A stretch of 64,000 nt of DNA from a virus: positions 6,005 to 70,004 of the IMG/VR virus record IMGVR_UViG_3300048620_000017; one strand, written 5' to 3'. The position numbers and the translations under genes are program-made. The notes below the pieces were generated by a model. That model saw only the letters and a program-made list of their open reading frames with translations, was not told the origin of the DNA and did not search any database. Shown piece after piece: positions 27,951 through 37,646 of the stretch (position 1 is the stretch's first letter; each line of letters starts with the position of its first letter).

Positions 27951-29545
27951 GCCGCGTCCTTCTCTTCCTCGGTTCCACCAAGACCTTCGATCATCTTGCC
28001 GCCCTTCGGGGCCAAGCCTTCCTCTTCTTCTTCGAGGAGGTCGGGCACGTCTTCGATGTCGATCGACGAGAAGTCGGAATCCGGATCGGCGGCGACGCGC
28101 TTGCGCGATTCCTCCGGCGAGATGACGCCCGCATCGATCAGGATCTGATCGCGCTCGGCTTTGGTCTTTTCGACGTCCGCAGCTTCCTTTTCATCGGTCT
28201 CTTCGAGCTTCTCGAACTCGAAGTCGATGCCGGGGTCAGGTTTGCCCCAGAGCGAGATCATGACGAGTCCCATGAGGCGATGAAGCGGGTGCCGGAACAG
28301 ATGTTCCTGGTACGAATGCACGTAGTCGTTGAACACCCGGATTTCGCCTTCGGACGAGGCGTTGAGGCCTGCCGGCTGCGTGCCGAGCAGTTTCACCAGC
28401 GGGATATGGCTGACCGACGCCATGTGCTCCTGCGACTGCGCCTGGAGCATGTCGAGACCAGCGAGCGAAGCTGCGACATTCTTGAAGTCTTCCGTCTCCT
28501 TGTCGATCATCATCAGGCCGCGGTTCGACCGCATCAGATTGAACAGATCGGCACGTTTGAAGATCTGATCGCCGTCGGACTGCAACGTCTCGCCGAGGTT
28601 GGTGAGCAGCACAAAAACAGTGAACGCGCTGATGATGTCGTTCACCGATTGGCGCGTCTGAAGCCAGTTGTCGACATAGGGCTTGACCATCTGCGACAGC
28701 GACAGACCGCCGAACGAATAGGTCGGCTTCAGCAGGTCGGGCACTTCGCGGCCGATGAGCGTGATCAATCGCGTGGTGTGGACGATCTTCGCCTGCACGT
28801 ACCAGCTGTCGGGCCGATACCAGTTGTCTTTCAGCGGATCGTTCGAATTGTAGGCCGTCGGATAGCACCAGACCGCCTCGACCGTGCGCATTGCCTTGAT
28901 CGGCTTCTTCGCGAACTTGGCGATGCTGAGCTCGTCCCAGCCCGTGCCAATCGGCTTCTGCAGCTCGTCTGGATTATCGGTGTCGCCGGTGTCGATGTAG
29001 ATGTGACCACGGCCGAAAAAACCATCCTGCTCAGCGGCGCGGCAAAACAGGTCGCGCACGTTGAGGCGCTTGAACTCGGCCTCCAGCTTTTTGATCTTGG
29101 CCGATTTGTCCTTGCCGTCATTCGAGGTGAAGCGGATCCACTTCCGCGTCATCTCGCTGGCGATGGTTTCCGAGATCACCCGATATTCCGGGCGCTGGGC
29201 CAATTCCGACAGATAGGCGTAGCCGAGGAAGGTGATGCCCTCGCTGAAATAGCCATTCAGCGCGAAGCTGTTGGCCCACGACTGGACACCGTTGACGGCG
29301 CTATCCATCGCCAGTCCGCTATTGCCTTCGGGCAGAACGCCCTTCGGATGCTGCGGCATCGTGAAGACGGGAACAGCTTGCGCCGGCGCGGCTTGGGCGC
29401 GCATCGCCGCCAACATGGCATCGGAGATGCGCATCGGGGCGCGCGCACCAGGAGGGGCTGCAGCCAGCGGCGGTGCCGGCATGGCGTCCGCGACTGGCTT
29501 GCGCTTGAACAAGCCGCGCGCTGCGCGAAGAGCCTTCCTGATCAT
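27947..29545 (-). CDS. Portal protein (DUF1073-like)
   Basis: ETIASEMTRKW, GGLSLSQ, SHIPLVKLLG..P.GLNASSEGE; start MIRKAL at 29545. Confidence 0.92.
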   Translation of the reverse strand: MIRKALRAARGLFKRKPVADAMPAPPLAAAPPGARAPMRISDAMLAAMRAQAAPAQAVPVFTMPQHPKGVLPEGNSGLAMDSAVNGVQSWANSFALNGYFSEGITFLGYAYLSELAQRPEYRVISETIASEMTRKWIRFTSNDGKDKSAKIKKLEAEFKRLNVRDLFCRAAEQDGFFGRGHIYIDTGDTDNPDELQKPIGTGWDELSIAKFAKKPIKAMRTVEAVWCYPTAYNSNDPLKDNWYRPDSWYVQAKIVHTTRLITLIGREVPDLLKPTYSFGGLSLSQMVKPYVDNWLQTRQSVNDIISAFTVFVLLTNLGETLQSDGDQIFKRADLFNLMRSNRGLMMIDKETEDFKNVAASLAGLDMLQAQSQEHMASVSHIPLVKLLGTQPAGLNASSEGEIRVFNDYVHSYQEHLFRHPLHRLMGLVMISLWGKPDPGIDFEFEKLEETDEKEAADVEKTKAERDQILIDAGVISPEESRKRVAADPDSDFSSIDIEDVPDLLEEEEEGLAPKGGKMIEGLGGTEEEKDAA

Positions 29546-31179
29546 CGCGGCCCCGGCTGGGCAGCGCGCCGAAGCACGTCGTCGCTGATCACCATGGCCC
29601 CCTTGATGTTGAGCAGCCTCGTAAAGGCGCCGGAAGATGCGTCGACCTGATCCATCAGCTTGCCAGCCGGGAAGAGGCATAGTTCGTCGAGGTAGAGCGT
29701 GTTCCACTCGCCTTCGACGATGTAGACGTTGCCGCCTTCGCACTGAGCCGCGAATGGCTCGGCGCGCGTGATCTTGTCGCCGGTTTCGAGTTCGGTGTGG
29801 ACTTTGTAGCCGACGAGATCGGCGACGAAATCCTGGGCCTGGGCTTTACCTGCCTGCCCCGGATCCTGCGGCAGCGAAATGTGGACCGCCTTCGTGTCGA
29901 GCTCGGCTTGCGCCTTGATGGTCTTGCGGACTGACTTGCCTTCCTCTCGGAGGGCCACGACATGACCGACATAGAGGTGGCCATCGGCGTCTCGCCCCAG
30001 CTTCACACCGGCAGTGCGCGCGCCGGTGCCGCCTTTCGTGCCGGCCAAGTCCCAATGTCGGACCCAGACGGTGCTCCTCGGCGCGGCCCTGACGAACCGG
30101 CCCTCGAACCAGGCGCGCTTGAACATGCCGCCTTCGCGGGGCGCCGGCCGCTGCTGGTACTGGCCGGCGACGGCGAACGCCGTCATGTCGTTGTAGAGCT
30201 GCTTCAGCTCATCGGGAGGGAAGCGGACCGGATCGAGGATTTCGCCGTCTTTGGTGCGAGGATCCTGGCGCCAGACTAGCTGGAGCGGATTGGCCTCGAT
30301 TTCGGCGCGGCGCTCGGCCGGCAAATTGTCGTTCTCGCCATACCAATGCTGCTTGGTGGCGTCGTAGCGTGCCAGGATCGGCTCGCCGATCGAACTGCTG
30401 ACCTTGATCGGGGTGTAGCAGCACCGTTCCGGCTCGAACTGCATCGGAAGGCAGAGGTGGACATAGCCCATCTTGCCTTCGAGGATGACGCCGGTGACGT
30501 CGGCCTCATTCAGGCGCTGCATGATGACAATGATCACGCTGCGTCGCTGGTCGTTCAGGCGGTTTTGCGCGCCTTCACGAAATTTGCGGGTGGTCTTGGC
30601 TCGCTCTGTCGGCGATTCCGCTGTCTCGGTAGAATGCGGATCGTCGATGATCAGCCGATCGCCGCGCTGCGATGTCAGCGAGCCAAAGGCCACACCTTCG
30701 CGGGTGCCAGTGTTGTCATTGGCGAATGACGTCTCGGCCCTTCGGTTGAGCCGAACCTGGGGCCAGCGCTCCTGGTACCAATCCGATAGGATCAGATCGC
30801 GGCATTTGCGCGTGTCGCGATTGACGGGGCCGTCGTTGTAAGCGGTCGACAGGTACCGCATGCCTGGCCGGCCGGCAGGCCCCCACTCCCATGCCTGCAA
30901 CAGCACCGACACGACGAGCGATTTCGACGTACCTGGCGGCACGTTGATGACAATGCGATTGCGCAGACCGAGTTCGAGGAACTTCCCCTCGAGCAGCGCC
31001 TGGAGGTGGTCGCAAACCACCTGCATGTGCCAGTTCCAGACGAGCGGCGTCTCTGGCTCAAGCTGAGACCATGCGAGCTTGACGAACTCGGCGAACGAGC
31101 CTTTCGCCTTGCGGCGATCACGCTCGATCAGCAGTTCTTTCAGCGTCGGCGGCTGAACGGCGACAGCTCTTTGCGCCAT
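29542..31179 (-). CDS. Terminase large subunit
   Basis: NVPPGTSKS Walker A, LIIDDP Walker B, WDLAGT and DQVDA nuclease motifs. Confidence 0.96.
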   Translation of the reverse strand: MAQRAVAVQPPTLKELLIERDRRKAKGSFAEFVKLAWSQLEPETPLVWNWHMQVVCDHLQALLEGKFLELGLRNRIVINVPPGTSKSLVVSVLLQAWEWGPAGRPGMRYLSTAYNDGPVNRDTRKCRDLILSDWYQERWPQVRLNRRAETSFANDNTGTREGVAFGSLTSQRGDRLIIDDPHSTETAESPTERAKTTRKFREGAQNRLNDQRRSVIIVIMQRLNEADVTGVILEGKMGYVHLCLPMQFEPERCCYTPIKVSSSIGEPILARYDATKQHWYGENDNLPAERRAEIEANPLQLVWRQDPRTKDGEILDPVRFPPDELKQLYNDMTAFAVAGQYQQRPAPREGGMFKRAWFEGRFVRAAPRSTVWVRHWDLAGTKGGTGARTAGVKLGRDADGHLYVGHVVALREEGKSVRKTIKAQAELDTKAVHISLPQDPGQAGKAQAQDFVADLVGYKVHTELETGDKITRAEPFAAQCEGGNVYIVEGEWNTLYLDELCLFPAGKLMDQVDASSGAFTRLLNIKGAMVISDDVLRRAAQPGPR

Positions 31180-31184
31180 TCACA

Positions 31185-31700
31185 TTACCTTGGGGTCGTG
31201 CCGCTCTCCACCCGCTGGGCAGCCCTGATCATGATTTCGAGTTCTTCGTCAGTGTAATTGGACGCGTCCAATTTCTGCGTGACCTCGGTCTGAAGAGCCC
31301 CGCCATTCCGCCCGGTGATCTCCCGTCGATTGGTGAAGGCGTTGCCCTGCTCTTTGGCCGCCTGCTCGAGCAGCTGGGCCGACAGTGCCATGTTGCCCTG
31401 CGTTTCCGCCTTTTCGGCCATGCGCTGCAGAGCACGAAGCCGGACGGCGCGATGGGAGATCGCTATCGCCGCGGTGTCTTCCAGGAAGGCCCGGCGCGTT
31501 TCCTCGAATATGGCCTTCCACTTTGCCGAGCAGTTTCGCCCGGCCCGTTTTGTCGGATCATACGCCTCGACTGTCTGCGGCGTGATCGACTCGCCGAATT
31601 CCCGTCTGATTGCGGCAACCACAACCGACGGACTATCGAAGCAGGCGACGGCTTGCACGATAAAGATCTTCGCCGGTTCCGTGAGTTTGGGGCTGGCCAT
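31185..31700 (-). CDS. Terminase small subunit (DUF2280-like)
   Basis: FIVQAVACFDSP...YDPTK...W..IFEETR...LEQAAKEQG. Confidence 0.88.
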   Translation of the reverse strand: MASPKLTEPAKIFIVQAVACFDSPSVVVAAIRREFGESITPQTVEAYDPTKRAGRNCSAKWKAIFEETRRAFLEDTAAIAISHRAVRLRALQRMAEKAETQGNMALSAQLLEQAAKEQGNAFTNRREITGRNGGALQTEVTQKLDASNYTDEELEIMIRAAQRVESGTTPR

Positions 31701-31718
31701 AGCTGTTTCAGACCCGCA

Positions 31719-31838
31719 TCAGATTCGCTTGGTCGACGACCGCTTGCCGGTCTTGCGCGTTTTTGCCTTTGGCGAACGCCGCTTTTTTTTGGCCGGCTTG
31801 GATGCGGCTGACCCTTCGATCGGCTTGAACTTGATCAC
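31719..31838 (-). CDS. 39-aa Lys/Arg-rich peptide
   Basis: GTG start with AGGGG upstream: MIKFKPIEGSAASKPAKKKRRSPKAKTRKTGKRSSTKRI; below ORF-track cutoff. Confidence 0.45.
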   Translation of the reverse strand: MIKFKPIEGSAASKPAKKKRRSPKAKTRKTGKRSSTKRI

Positions 31839-31858
31839 GGTACACAACCCCTTTGCGC

Positions 31859-32488
31859 CTATGCGGCGCGTAACATGCATGTGCCACAGGCTTGAGCTAT
31901 GCGAACGCTGGCGATCTCTGGTCCGGCCTTTGCCGCTTCCACCAGATCGCGAACATGCGCTGCGTCCGCGCCATATCTGCGCACTACGCCGATGAACTCC
32001 TCAACGTCGTGTCCGCGTATGGTGAAAGCGGGAAGGCCGCTCTTGCGGAACTTGGGAGCGCCGAACGCGTCCCGCTCTTGCCCGCAATGGTAAAGCTCGT
32101 GCTCGACCAGGGCGCAGAACTCACCGTCGGAACACTCGGCGCCGTAGCTGGCATCGAACGTGAGCAGGAAATCGGGGATCTGTCCGAACCAGTCGAGAAG
32201 CTGACGCTCGATCCGGCCGCGAAGCCACCTGCCCGCCGGCGGAAGGCCTCTCTCACACTGGCCGATAACGGAACGCCCTGCCCTGCCGTTCGGGACGTTG
32301 GTCCATAGTGCAGCGATGGAGGCGAAGCGGAGATGCTGGTGATCGAGATTGAGGAGCGTGGCGCTCTCGTCGATGAAGGTGGTGCGGGCCCAGGCGATGA
32401 CGTCCATCGCCGGACGGAAGATGGGCTCGCCGGAAATTTCGAGCATGTCCTCCGGCGGCCGTGGCCGAGACGGAAAGTCAGTCGACAT
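31859..32488 (-). CDS. Putative phage metallopeptidase
   Basis: HELYH (HExxH) plus HDVEEF. Confidence 0.85.
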   Translation of the reverse strand: MSTDFPSRPRPPEDMLEISGEPIFRPAMDVIAWARTTFIDESATLLNLDHQHLRFASIAALWTNVPNGRAGRSVIGQCERGLPPAGRWLRGRIERQLLDWFGQIPDFLLTFDASYGAECSDGEFCALVEHELYHCGQERDAFGAPKFRKSGLPAFTIRGHDVEEFIGVVRRYGADAAHVRDLVEAAKAGPEIASVRIAQACGTCMLRAA

Positions 32489-32490
32489 GC

Positions 32491-32736
32491 CTAAACCGGC
32501 CGATTTGACGGTGCGGGCTGAACGCCCTCAGCGACTACGATGAAACCGACAGGCTCGTAGAGCCCAATGGGCTCAAATCGGTTCTGACCTGGAGCGAGCC
32601 ACCACGCACAGCAGCGACCGCGAAATTCCCATGTGGCGCGGTAGACGCGGCCCGATTTCATCTTGAGGTCCGCGACCGTGTGGTCCGGAATGAACTGCGC
32701 CTCAGCTATGGGGCGCCAATTACGGACGGATGACAT
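32491..32736 (-). CDS. Hypothetical protein
   Basis: WRPIAEA-type start; operon position. Confidence 0.55.
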   Translation of the reverse strand: MSSVRNWRPIAEAQFIPDHTVADLKMKSGRVYRATWEFRGRCCAWWLAPGQNRFEPIGLYEPVGFIVVAEGVQPAPSNRPV

Positions 32737-32959
32737 CGATCTCGTCCTGAAGCGGCCAGAACCGCGACCACCGATAACGTGTCTCGAACTCGGCTGGATT
32801 GCGTCGCGAGCCGAAGGCGGCCCAAAGCCCGAGTTGATGGCGCATCGCACTCCAGCCGAAATAGACGGCAAAGTGCCGCGTGCGAAAACCGTACTGCCAC
32901 CAGGTGGGCGAGCGGCGACCGGTCCAAGCCGAAGAATCGAATTCGCGTTGCATCTGCAT
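32720..32959 (-). CDS. Aromatic-rich hypothetical protein
   Basis: TGATG-coupled to upstream ORF. Confidence 0.45.
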   Translation of the reverse strand: MQMQREFDSSAWTGRRSPTWWQYGFRTRHFAVYFGWSAMRHQLGLWAAFGSRRNPAEFETRYRWSRFWPLQDEIDVIRP

Positions 32960-33114
32960 CACGTGAACACGATGCCGGCGATGCAGACGGCGACGCCCAG
33001 CGCCAGGAACGCCATGACGATGACGAACGACTGATCGAAAGAGGCACGCTCCGGATTATCAGGCCAGCCGAAGTCTTTGAACGCGCCCCGAAGGTTCGGC
33101 AGTTCGTCACGCAT
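32959..33114 (-). CDS. 51-aa single-TM protein, first gene of the leftward operon
   Basis: Read by hand: MRDELPNL...FVIVMAFLALGVAVCIAGIVFT; G-rich RBS. Confidence 0.55.
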   Translation of the reverse strand: MRDELPNLRGAFKDFGWPDNPERASFDQSFVIVMAFLALGVAVCIAGIVFT

Positions 33115-33169
33115 CTGATTTCCCCCCGCGCGAAAAAGGTCGATGCCTCCCCTTTTAATGCTTGCCGCG

Positions 33170-33188
33170 TGTAACCATTTTGGTTACA
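33170..33188. promoter_or_regulatory. Perfect 19-bp operator TGTAACCA-N3-TGGTTACA
   Basis: Palindrome recurring across the prophage. Confidence 0.85.
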
Positions 33189-33390
33189 ACAATTGCAAGG
33201 AAGGACGGCGATCGTCGGCCCGATCATCAACGAACGATGACGAAAGAACCGACGAAACCGACTGATTTTTGAGGGGGTTGCCCGATGCGCACAGAAGAAT
33301 CAGGCTGCATGTTTTGTGCCTTCCCCCCTGGCATTCTGTCAAGTGACATTTGCAACCGTTTCGGCACCATCCCCTACCACGGAGAGACCA

Positions 33391-33579
33391 ATGACTGAGA
33401 AATTGGACGCGCCCAAAGTTGAGCCGCCAGCGCAAAAGCTTCGCTATTCGTTCATCTCGGCTACGACGCTCGATGAGGCTCGAAAGCGCATCCCTCTATC
33501 CCTCAGCAAACTCGGCGACTGCCGTCTGGTGTGGGTTAACGAGGGCGATCTCACGATGCTGGGCGAGGAGATGCGCTGA
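33391..33579 (+). CDS. Hypothetical protein
   Basis: Preceded by CCCTACCACGGAGA motif. Confidence 0.65.
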   Translation: MTEKLDAPKVEPPAQKLRYSFISATTLDEARKRIPLSLSKLGDCRLVWVNEGDLTMLGEEMR

Positions 33580-33917
33580 TGGCCCGCTATCTCGTCACAT
33601 GGGAGATCGACTACGAAGGCACCGGCGATCCAGAAGCCGCCGCCCGCTGGGCATGGGAAATCCTGCGCAAACCACACTCGACCGCCAACGTGTTCACGAT
33701 GGTCGACGAAAGCGGCAACGAGACCAAGATCGATCTCACCGAAATCGACCAGGCGGGCGAAGACGATGGATGCCCGAAGTGCGATCCCGGTAAAGCCGGC
33801 CTTGCCATGGCGCGTCATCTGCATGGGAAGCGCGTCAATCTCATGCAACCGTCGACGGCGCAAACAGCCGTACGCAACATCGGGGACGTGCTCCGCAACC
33901 TGCAACAGGGGGCATGA
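33579..33917 (+). CDS. Hypothetical protein
   Basis: Coupled start; MARYLVTWEIDY. Confidence 0.65.
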   Translation: MARYLVTWEIDYEGTGDPEAAARWAWEILRKPHSTANVFTMVDESGNETKIDLTEIDQAGEDDGCPKCDPGKAGLAMARHLHGKRVNLMQPSTAQTAVRNIGDVLRNLQQGA

Positions 33918-33920
33918 TCG

Positions 33921-34655
33921 ATGCCGATCGGTAGTCATCATTCTGCGGCGGCAGGCACTGATGTCTGGCTTACCCCTCCCACTATCCTTGCCGCGCTTGG
34001 CGGCGCGGAGAGTTTCGATCTCGATCCATGCGCGCCGCTCAATCGGCCTTGGGACATGGCCCGCCAGCACTATACGATCGAAGACAACGGGCTGGTCAGA
34101 CCGTGGCACGGTCGGGTGTGGCTCAATCCGCCATATTCGAATAGCTCCCTCGGCCGCTGGATGGGGCGCATGGCCGACCATGCCCATGGAATCGCCCTGA
34201 TCTTCGCGCGCACAGAAACGCAGGTGTTCCACGAGACGGTGTGGCGCGCCGCCGACGCGTTGCTGTTCCTGGAAGGCCGATTGCATTTCCACGATGCGGC
34301 CGGCGTCCGCGCCAAGGCCAACGCCGGCGCGCCGTCGGTGTTCTGCGCCTATGGCTCCGATGACGCCGATAGGCTGGCGGGCTGCGGCTTGCCCGGCGCG
34401 TTCGTGCCGTTGCGGCTCCGCTCGCTGATCTTCGGCTTTGCCTCGATCGGCTCTTGGGTCGACGAGGTGATGAAGGTCATGCAGCGCGCAGGCGACGCGG
34501 TGCGGCTCGACGATCTCTACCGCGAGATGGCTGGCAATCCGAAGTCGGGCCGCAACCCGAACTGGAAGGCAAAGGTCCGGCAGACGCTCCAGCGCGGGCC
34601 ATTCGAGCCCCTGGGCGACGGTGTATGGAAGGTCGCGGAGGGCCGGCTGATATGA
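33921..34655 (+). CDS. Phage N6-adenine DNA methyltransferase (Dam-like) with C-terminal winged-helix extension
   Basis: WLTPP, FDLDPC, WLNPPYS, ARTET motifs. Confidence 0.9.
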   Translation: MPIGSHHSAAAGTDVWLTPPTILAALGGAESFDLDPCAPLNRPWDMARQHYTIEDNGLVRPWHGRVWLNPPYSNSSLGRWMGRMADHAHGIALIFARTETQVFHETVWRAADALLFLEGRLHFHDAAGVRAKANAGAPSVFCAYGSDDADRLAGCGLPGAFVPLRLRSLIFGFASIGSWVDEVMKVMQRAGDAVRLDDLYREMAGNPKSGRNPNWKAKVRQTLQRGPFEPLGDGVWKVAEGRLI

Positions 34656-34867
34656 GCCCCGGCGAGAGAATGGCGGTTATCTCCGCATTTGTTGCGCTCA
34701 AAATGCTCCACGACAACTCGCTTACCCCGAAGGCAAAGAATGTGGCCGCGCGCGGCGCCGGCTATTGCCTCTATGCACTCGGAATAGAGGCTTACGGCGA
34801 CATCTCCGCATGCGCGCCCGAGGGGAAGACGATCGAACTCTTGGCCGATATGCGGAGGCTGGGATGA
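34652..34867 (+). CDS. Hypothetical protein
   Basis: ATGA-coupled. Confidence 0.55.
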   Translation: MSPGERMAVISAFVALKMLHDNSLTPKAKNVAARGAGYCLYALGIEAYGDISACAPEGKTIELLADMRRLG

Positions 34868-35115
34868 CCTCGCTGCCAGGCTATGACGCATGGAAAACCC
34901 AAGTTCCCCGCTGGTGGGATTGGGATGACGGCGAGGAAGACGCTCTCGCTGAGGCGCAATACCTCTTCGAACTTGAAGAAATGATCTTCCCGCCGTCGTG
35001 GGGGAATTGGGAACGACAGCCCTTCGCCGGCCCCGACGAACTCCCCGACTATGGGCAGCTTGAGCACATGGCGTGGGATCCGTGGTCCACAACCGAAAAT
35101 GAAAGCAAATCATGA
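34864..35115 (+). CDS. Small acidic Trp-rich protein
   Basis: 83 aa, about 19 D/E versus 4 K/R, 8 Trp; coupled to both neighbours. Confidence 0.6.
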   Translation: MTSLPGYDAWKTQVPRWWDWDDGEEDALAEAQYLFELEEMIFPPSWGNWERQPFAGPDELPDYGQLEHMAWDPWSTTENESKS

Positions 35116-37574
35116 ACCTTCTTACGAGCGCCATCGAATTTCGGCACTTCCATCTCTTCTGCGGCCTTGGCGGCGGAGCCAAGGGCTTCAACAAGGGGCA
35201 TGCTCGAGTCGGCACCCTCCAGGCGAAATGGCGTTGCATCGGCGGCGTTGACGTCGATTCTGCATCGATCCGCGATTTCAGCCGAGCCGCCGGCGTGCAA
35301 GGCACGGTGCTCGACATGTTCAGCCGCGAGCAATACATCGCTTTCCACGGCAAGGAGACTCCGGCCTCTTGGCGCGAAGCAACGCCGGCCGACCTTCGTC
35401 GCGCAGCGCATGGCGAGCGGCCGCATGCCGTCTTCCTCTCGGCACCGTGCAAAGGGTTCTCGGGCCTGCTGCCGGAAGCCTCCAGCGTCACCGACAAATA
35501 CCAGGCCCTCAACGGGCTCACGCTGCGCGGCGTCTGGCTCATGCTGGAGGCGTTCAAGGACGATCCGGTTGAACTGATCGTCTTCGAGAATGTGCCCCGC
35601 ATTGCCAAGCGCGGCCGGAAACTCCTCGACCAGATCGTCGCGCTGTTGCGATCCTATGGTTACGCGGTGCGCGAAACGACGCACGACTGCGGCGAGCTCG
35701 GCGGCCTCGGCCAGAGCCGCAAGCGATTCCTCCTGGTCGGCCGCCATGAGGCCAAGGTGCCCCCGTTCCTCTATGAGCCGGAGAAGCGCCGGCTGCGCGG
35801 TGTCGGCGAGATCCTGGAAAAGCTACCTCGCCCGGGCGATCTTTCCGCCGGCCCAATGCACAGGATGCCGGCGCTGCAATGGAAGACATGGGTGCGGCTG
35901 GCCTTTGTCGAAGCAGGGTCGGACTGGCGCTCGCTAAACAAACTGGCGGTCGAGAACGGCGCGCTGCGCGATTTCGGGATACTGCCCGACATCGAATGGC
36001 AAGCCGGCGTGCTCGGTGTGCGCCGATGGTCCGATCCATCGGGCGTGGTCGCTGGACGGTCGAGCCCGACCAACGGCGCCTTCGCCGTAGCCGATCCCCA
36101 CTTCGACAGTGGCGGCAATGACTTCCATCAATGCGGCGTCCGGCCATGGGACGAGGCCAGCGGCGCAGTGATCAACGTGAAATCACCGGGGCAAGGCACA
36201 TTCGCCGTGGCCGATCCTCGCGTCGATGGGCACGACAAGTCGGTGCAGCTGGGCGTTCGCAAATGGGACCAGACCGCCGCTTGCGTCAAAGGCGACGTGT
36301 CGGTCGGCACCGGCCCTTACGCCGTGTCCGACCCGCGCATGGAAGGTAAGCCGCGCTTCAACAACACCTTCCGCATCGTGCCATGGGGCGAGCGATCGCC
36401 AACCGTGGCCGGTCCTGGCGGTCCGGCCGGAGGCCTCGCTGTGGCCGACCCGCGCCCATCGCAACGCGACGACTACAAGCAGACCAAGTATCGGGTGACC
36501 AGCCTCGACGAGGCGGCTGGCGCCGTGATCGGCGCATCGACGACGGGCAATGGCGCGTTCGCTGTCGCTGACCCTGCGCTGAATTGGGGCGAGAACGCCC
36601 ACGGCAGCAAACTGGCGGTGCAGGGCTGGGAGGAGCCGGCTCGCACCGTCACCTCGAGTCGCATTCTCGCCGGTGGTGGCGCGGTCGCCGATCCCAGGCC
36701 TGGCAAGGCCACGGAAGACCTGCAGGGAAACTGGCACGTAACCCCCTACGATGAGCCTGCTCACGCTGTGGTCGGTAATCGAAAATCAGGCGCGAGTGCC
36801 GTCGCTGATCCTCGGCCCGGCTATGGCGAGGGCGCGCACCAGAACATCTTGGCGGTGACGGACTGGTCCGACGAGGCCAAGACCATCACGAGCGCGAAGC
36901 ATGTCGCCGGCGGCGCTCTCAGCGTCGCGGACCCTCGCCCGATCGACGATCTGCGCCGCGCAGCGCTCGGCGTACTCGGTTGGGAGGAAGCGAGTGGCAC
37001 GGTGCAGGGCGAGTCCCTGCCCACCAATGGCTCATTTGCAGTCGCCGATCCGCGCCCGGTCGGGCTCAATGCCAACCGAGAAAACTACAAGACCGGCGGT
37101 CACTATGGCGTCATCCCTTGGGAGGGTGTGGGTTACGCGGTCCCAGGCTATGCGAAATACGATCGCGGCAACTGGTCGGTGGCCGATCCGCGCGAGACAA
37201 CTGCCGAGCCGCTGTTCGAGCTGCCTCAGCCTGCCGACCGGCTGGTAGCGGTGATCCGCGCCCTCGACAACACCTGGCATCGCCCCTTCACGACATTGGA
37301 ATTGGCGGCCCTCCAGAGCCTCGTCGATCCGGACGACCTGGACGGCTTCAAACTCGACGGCCAGTCCGACTCGGCATGGCGGGAGCGCATTGGCAACGCC
37401 GTCCCGCCTGACGCTGCCGCAGCGATCGCCAGCGTGATGGCGACGACCTTGCTTCTGGCCATGACGGGCGAGACCTTCATGCTCAGCTCGCAACCGATAT
37501 GGGTGCGCGATGTTGCAGTGGCACTGGCGGTCGACGACCGAGGCAACATCCCGCTGGAGGATATTTCGTCGTGA
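35112..37574 (+). CDS. C5-cytosine DNA methyltransferase with expanded repeat region
   Basis: FCGLGGG (I), APC (IV), ENV (VI), QSRKR (VIII), RIGNAVPP (X). Confidence 0.93.
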   Translation: MNLLTSAIEFRHFHLFCGLGGGAKGFNKGHARVGTLQAKWRCIGGVDVDSASIRDFSRAAGVQGTVLDMFSREQYIAFHGKETPASWREATPADLRRAAHGERPHAVFLSAPCKGFSGLLPEASSVTDKYQALNGLTLRGVWLMLEAFKDDPVELIVFENVPRIAKRGRKLLDQIVALLRSYGYAVRETTHDCGELGGLGQSRKRFLLVGRHEAKVPPFLYEPEKRRLRGVGEILEKLPRPGDLSAGPMHRMPALQWKTWVRLAFVEAGSDWRSLNKLAVENGALRDFGILPDIEWQAGVLGVRRWSDPSGVVAGRSSPTNGAFAVADPHFDSGGNDFHQCGVRPWDEASGAVINVKSPGQGTFAVADPRVDGHDKSVQLGVRKWDQTAACVKGDVSVGTGPYAVSDPRMEGKPRFNNTFRIVPWGERSPTVAGPGGPAGGLAVADPRPSQRDDYKQTKYRVTSLDEAAGAVIGASTTGNGAFAVADPALNWGENAHGSKLAVQGWEEPARTVTSSRILAGGGAVADPRPGKATEDLQGNWHVTPYDEPAHAVVGNRKSGASAVADPRPGYGEGAHQNILAVTDWSDEAKTITSAKHVAGGALSVADPRPIDDLRRAALGVLGWEEASGTVQGESLPTNGSFAVADPRPVGLNANRENYKTGGHYGVIPWEGVGYAVPGYAKYDRGNWSVADPRETTAEPLFELPQPADRLVAVIRALDNTWHRPFTTLELAALQSLVDPDDLDGFKLDGQSDSAWRERIGNAVPPDAAAAIASVMATTLLLAMTGETFMLSSQPIWVRDVAVALAVDDRGNIPLEDISS
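36000..37195 (+). repeat. Ten ~40-aa repeats ending (A/S)V(A/S)DP in the MTase variable region
   Basis: AVADPH, AVADPR, AVSDPR, AVADPR, AVADPA, AVADPR, AVADPR, SVADPR, AVADPR, SVADPR. Confidence 0.9.
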
Positions 37575-37580
37575 CCCACT

Positions 37581-37599
37581 TGTAACCAAATTGGTTACT
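37581..37599. promoter_or_regulatory. Operator TGTAACCA-AAT-TGGTTACT
   Basis: One mismatch to consensus; upstream of a start-associated motif. Confidence 0.8.
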
Positions 37600-37646
37600 C
37601 TGTATATTGTTCTGGTTACGATATTTCCCTACCACGGAGATTCCAA

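Noticed and set aside
21184-29650. Long plus-strand ORFs (21184-22377, 23438-25435, 27938-29650)
   Set aside because: Antisense shadows of capsid, protease/scaffold and portal genes
31859-33114. Lysis cassette (metallopeptidase plus single-TM ORF)
   Set aside because: No recognisable endolysin or spanin motifs; lysis genes probably lie beyond the left edge
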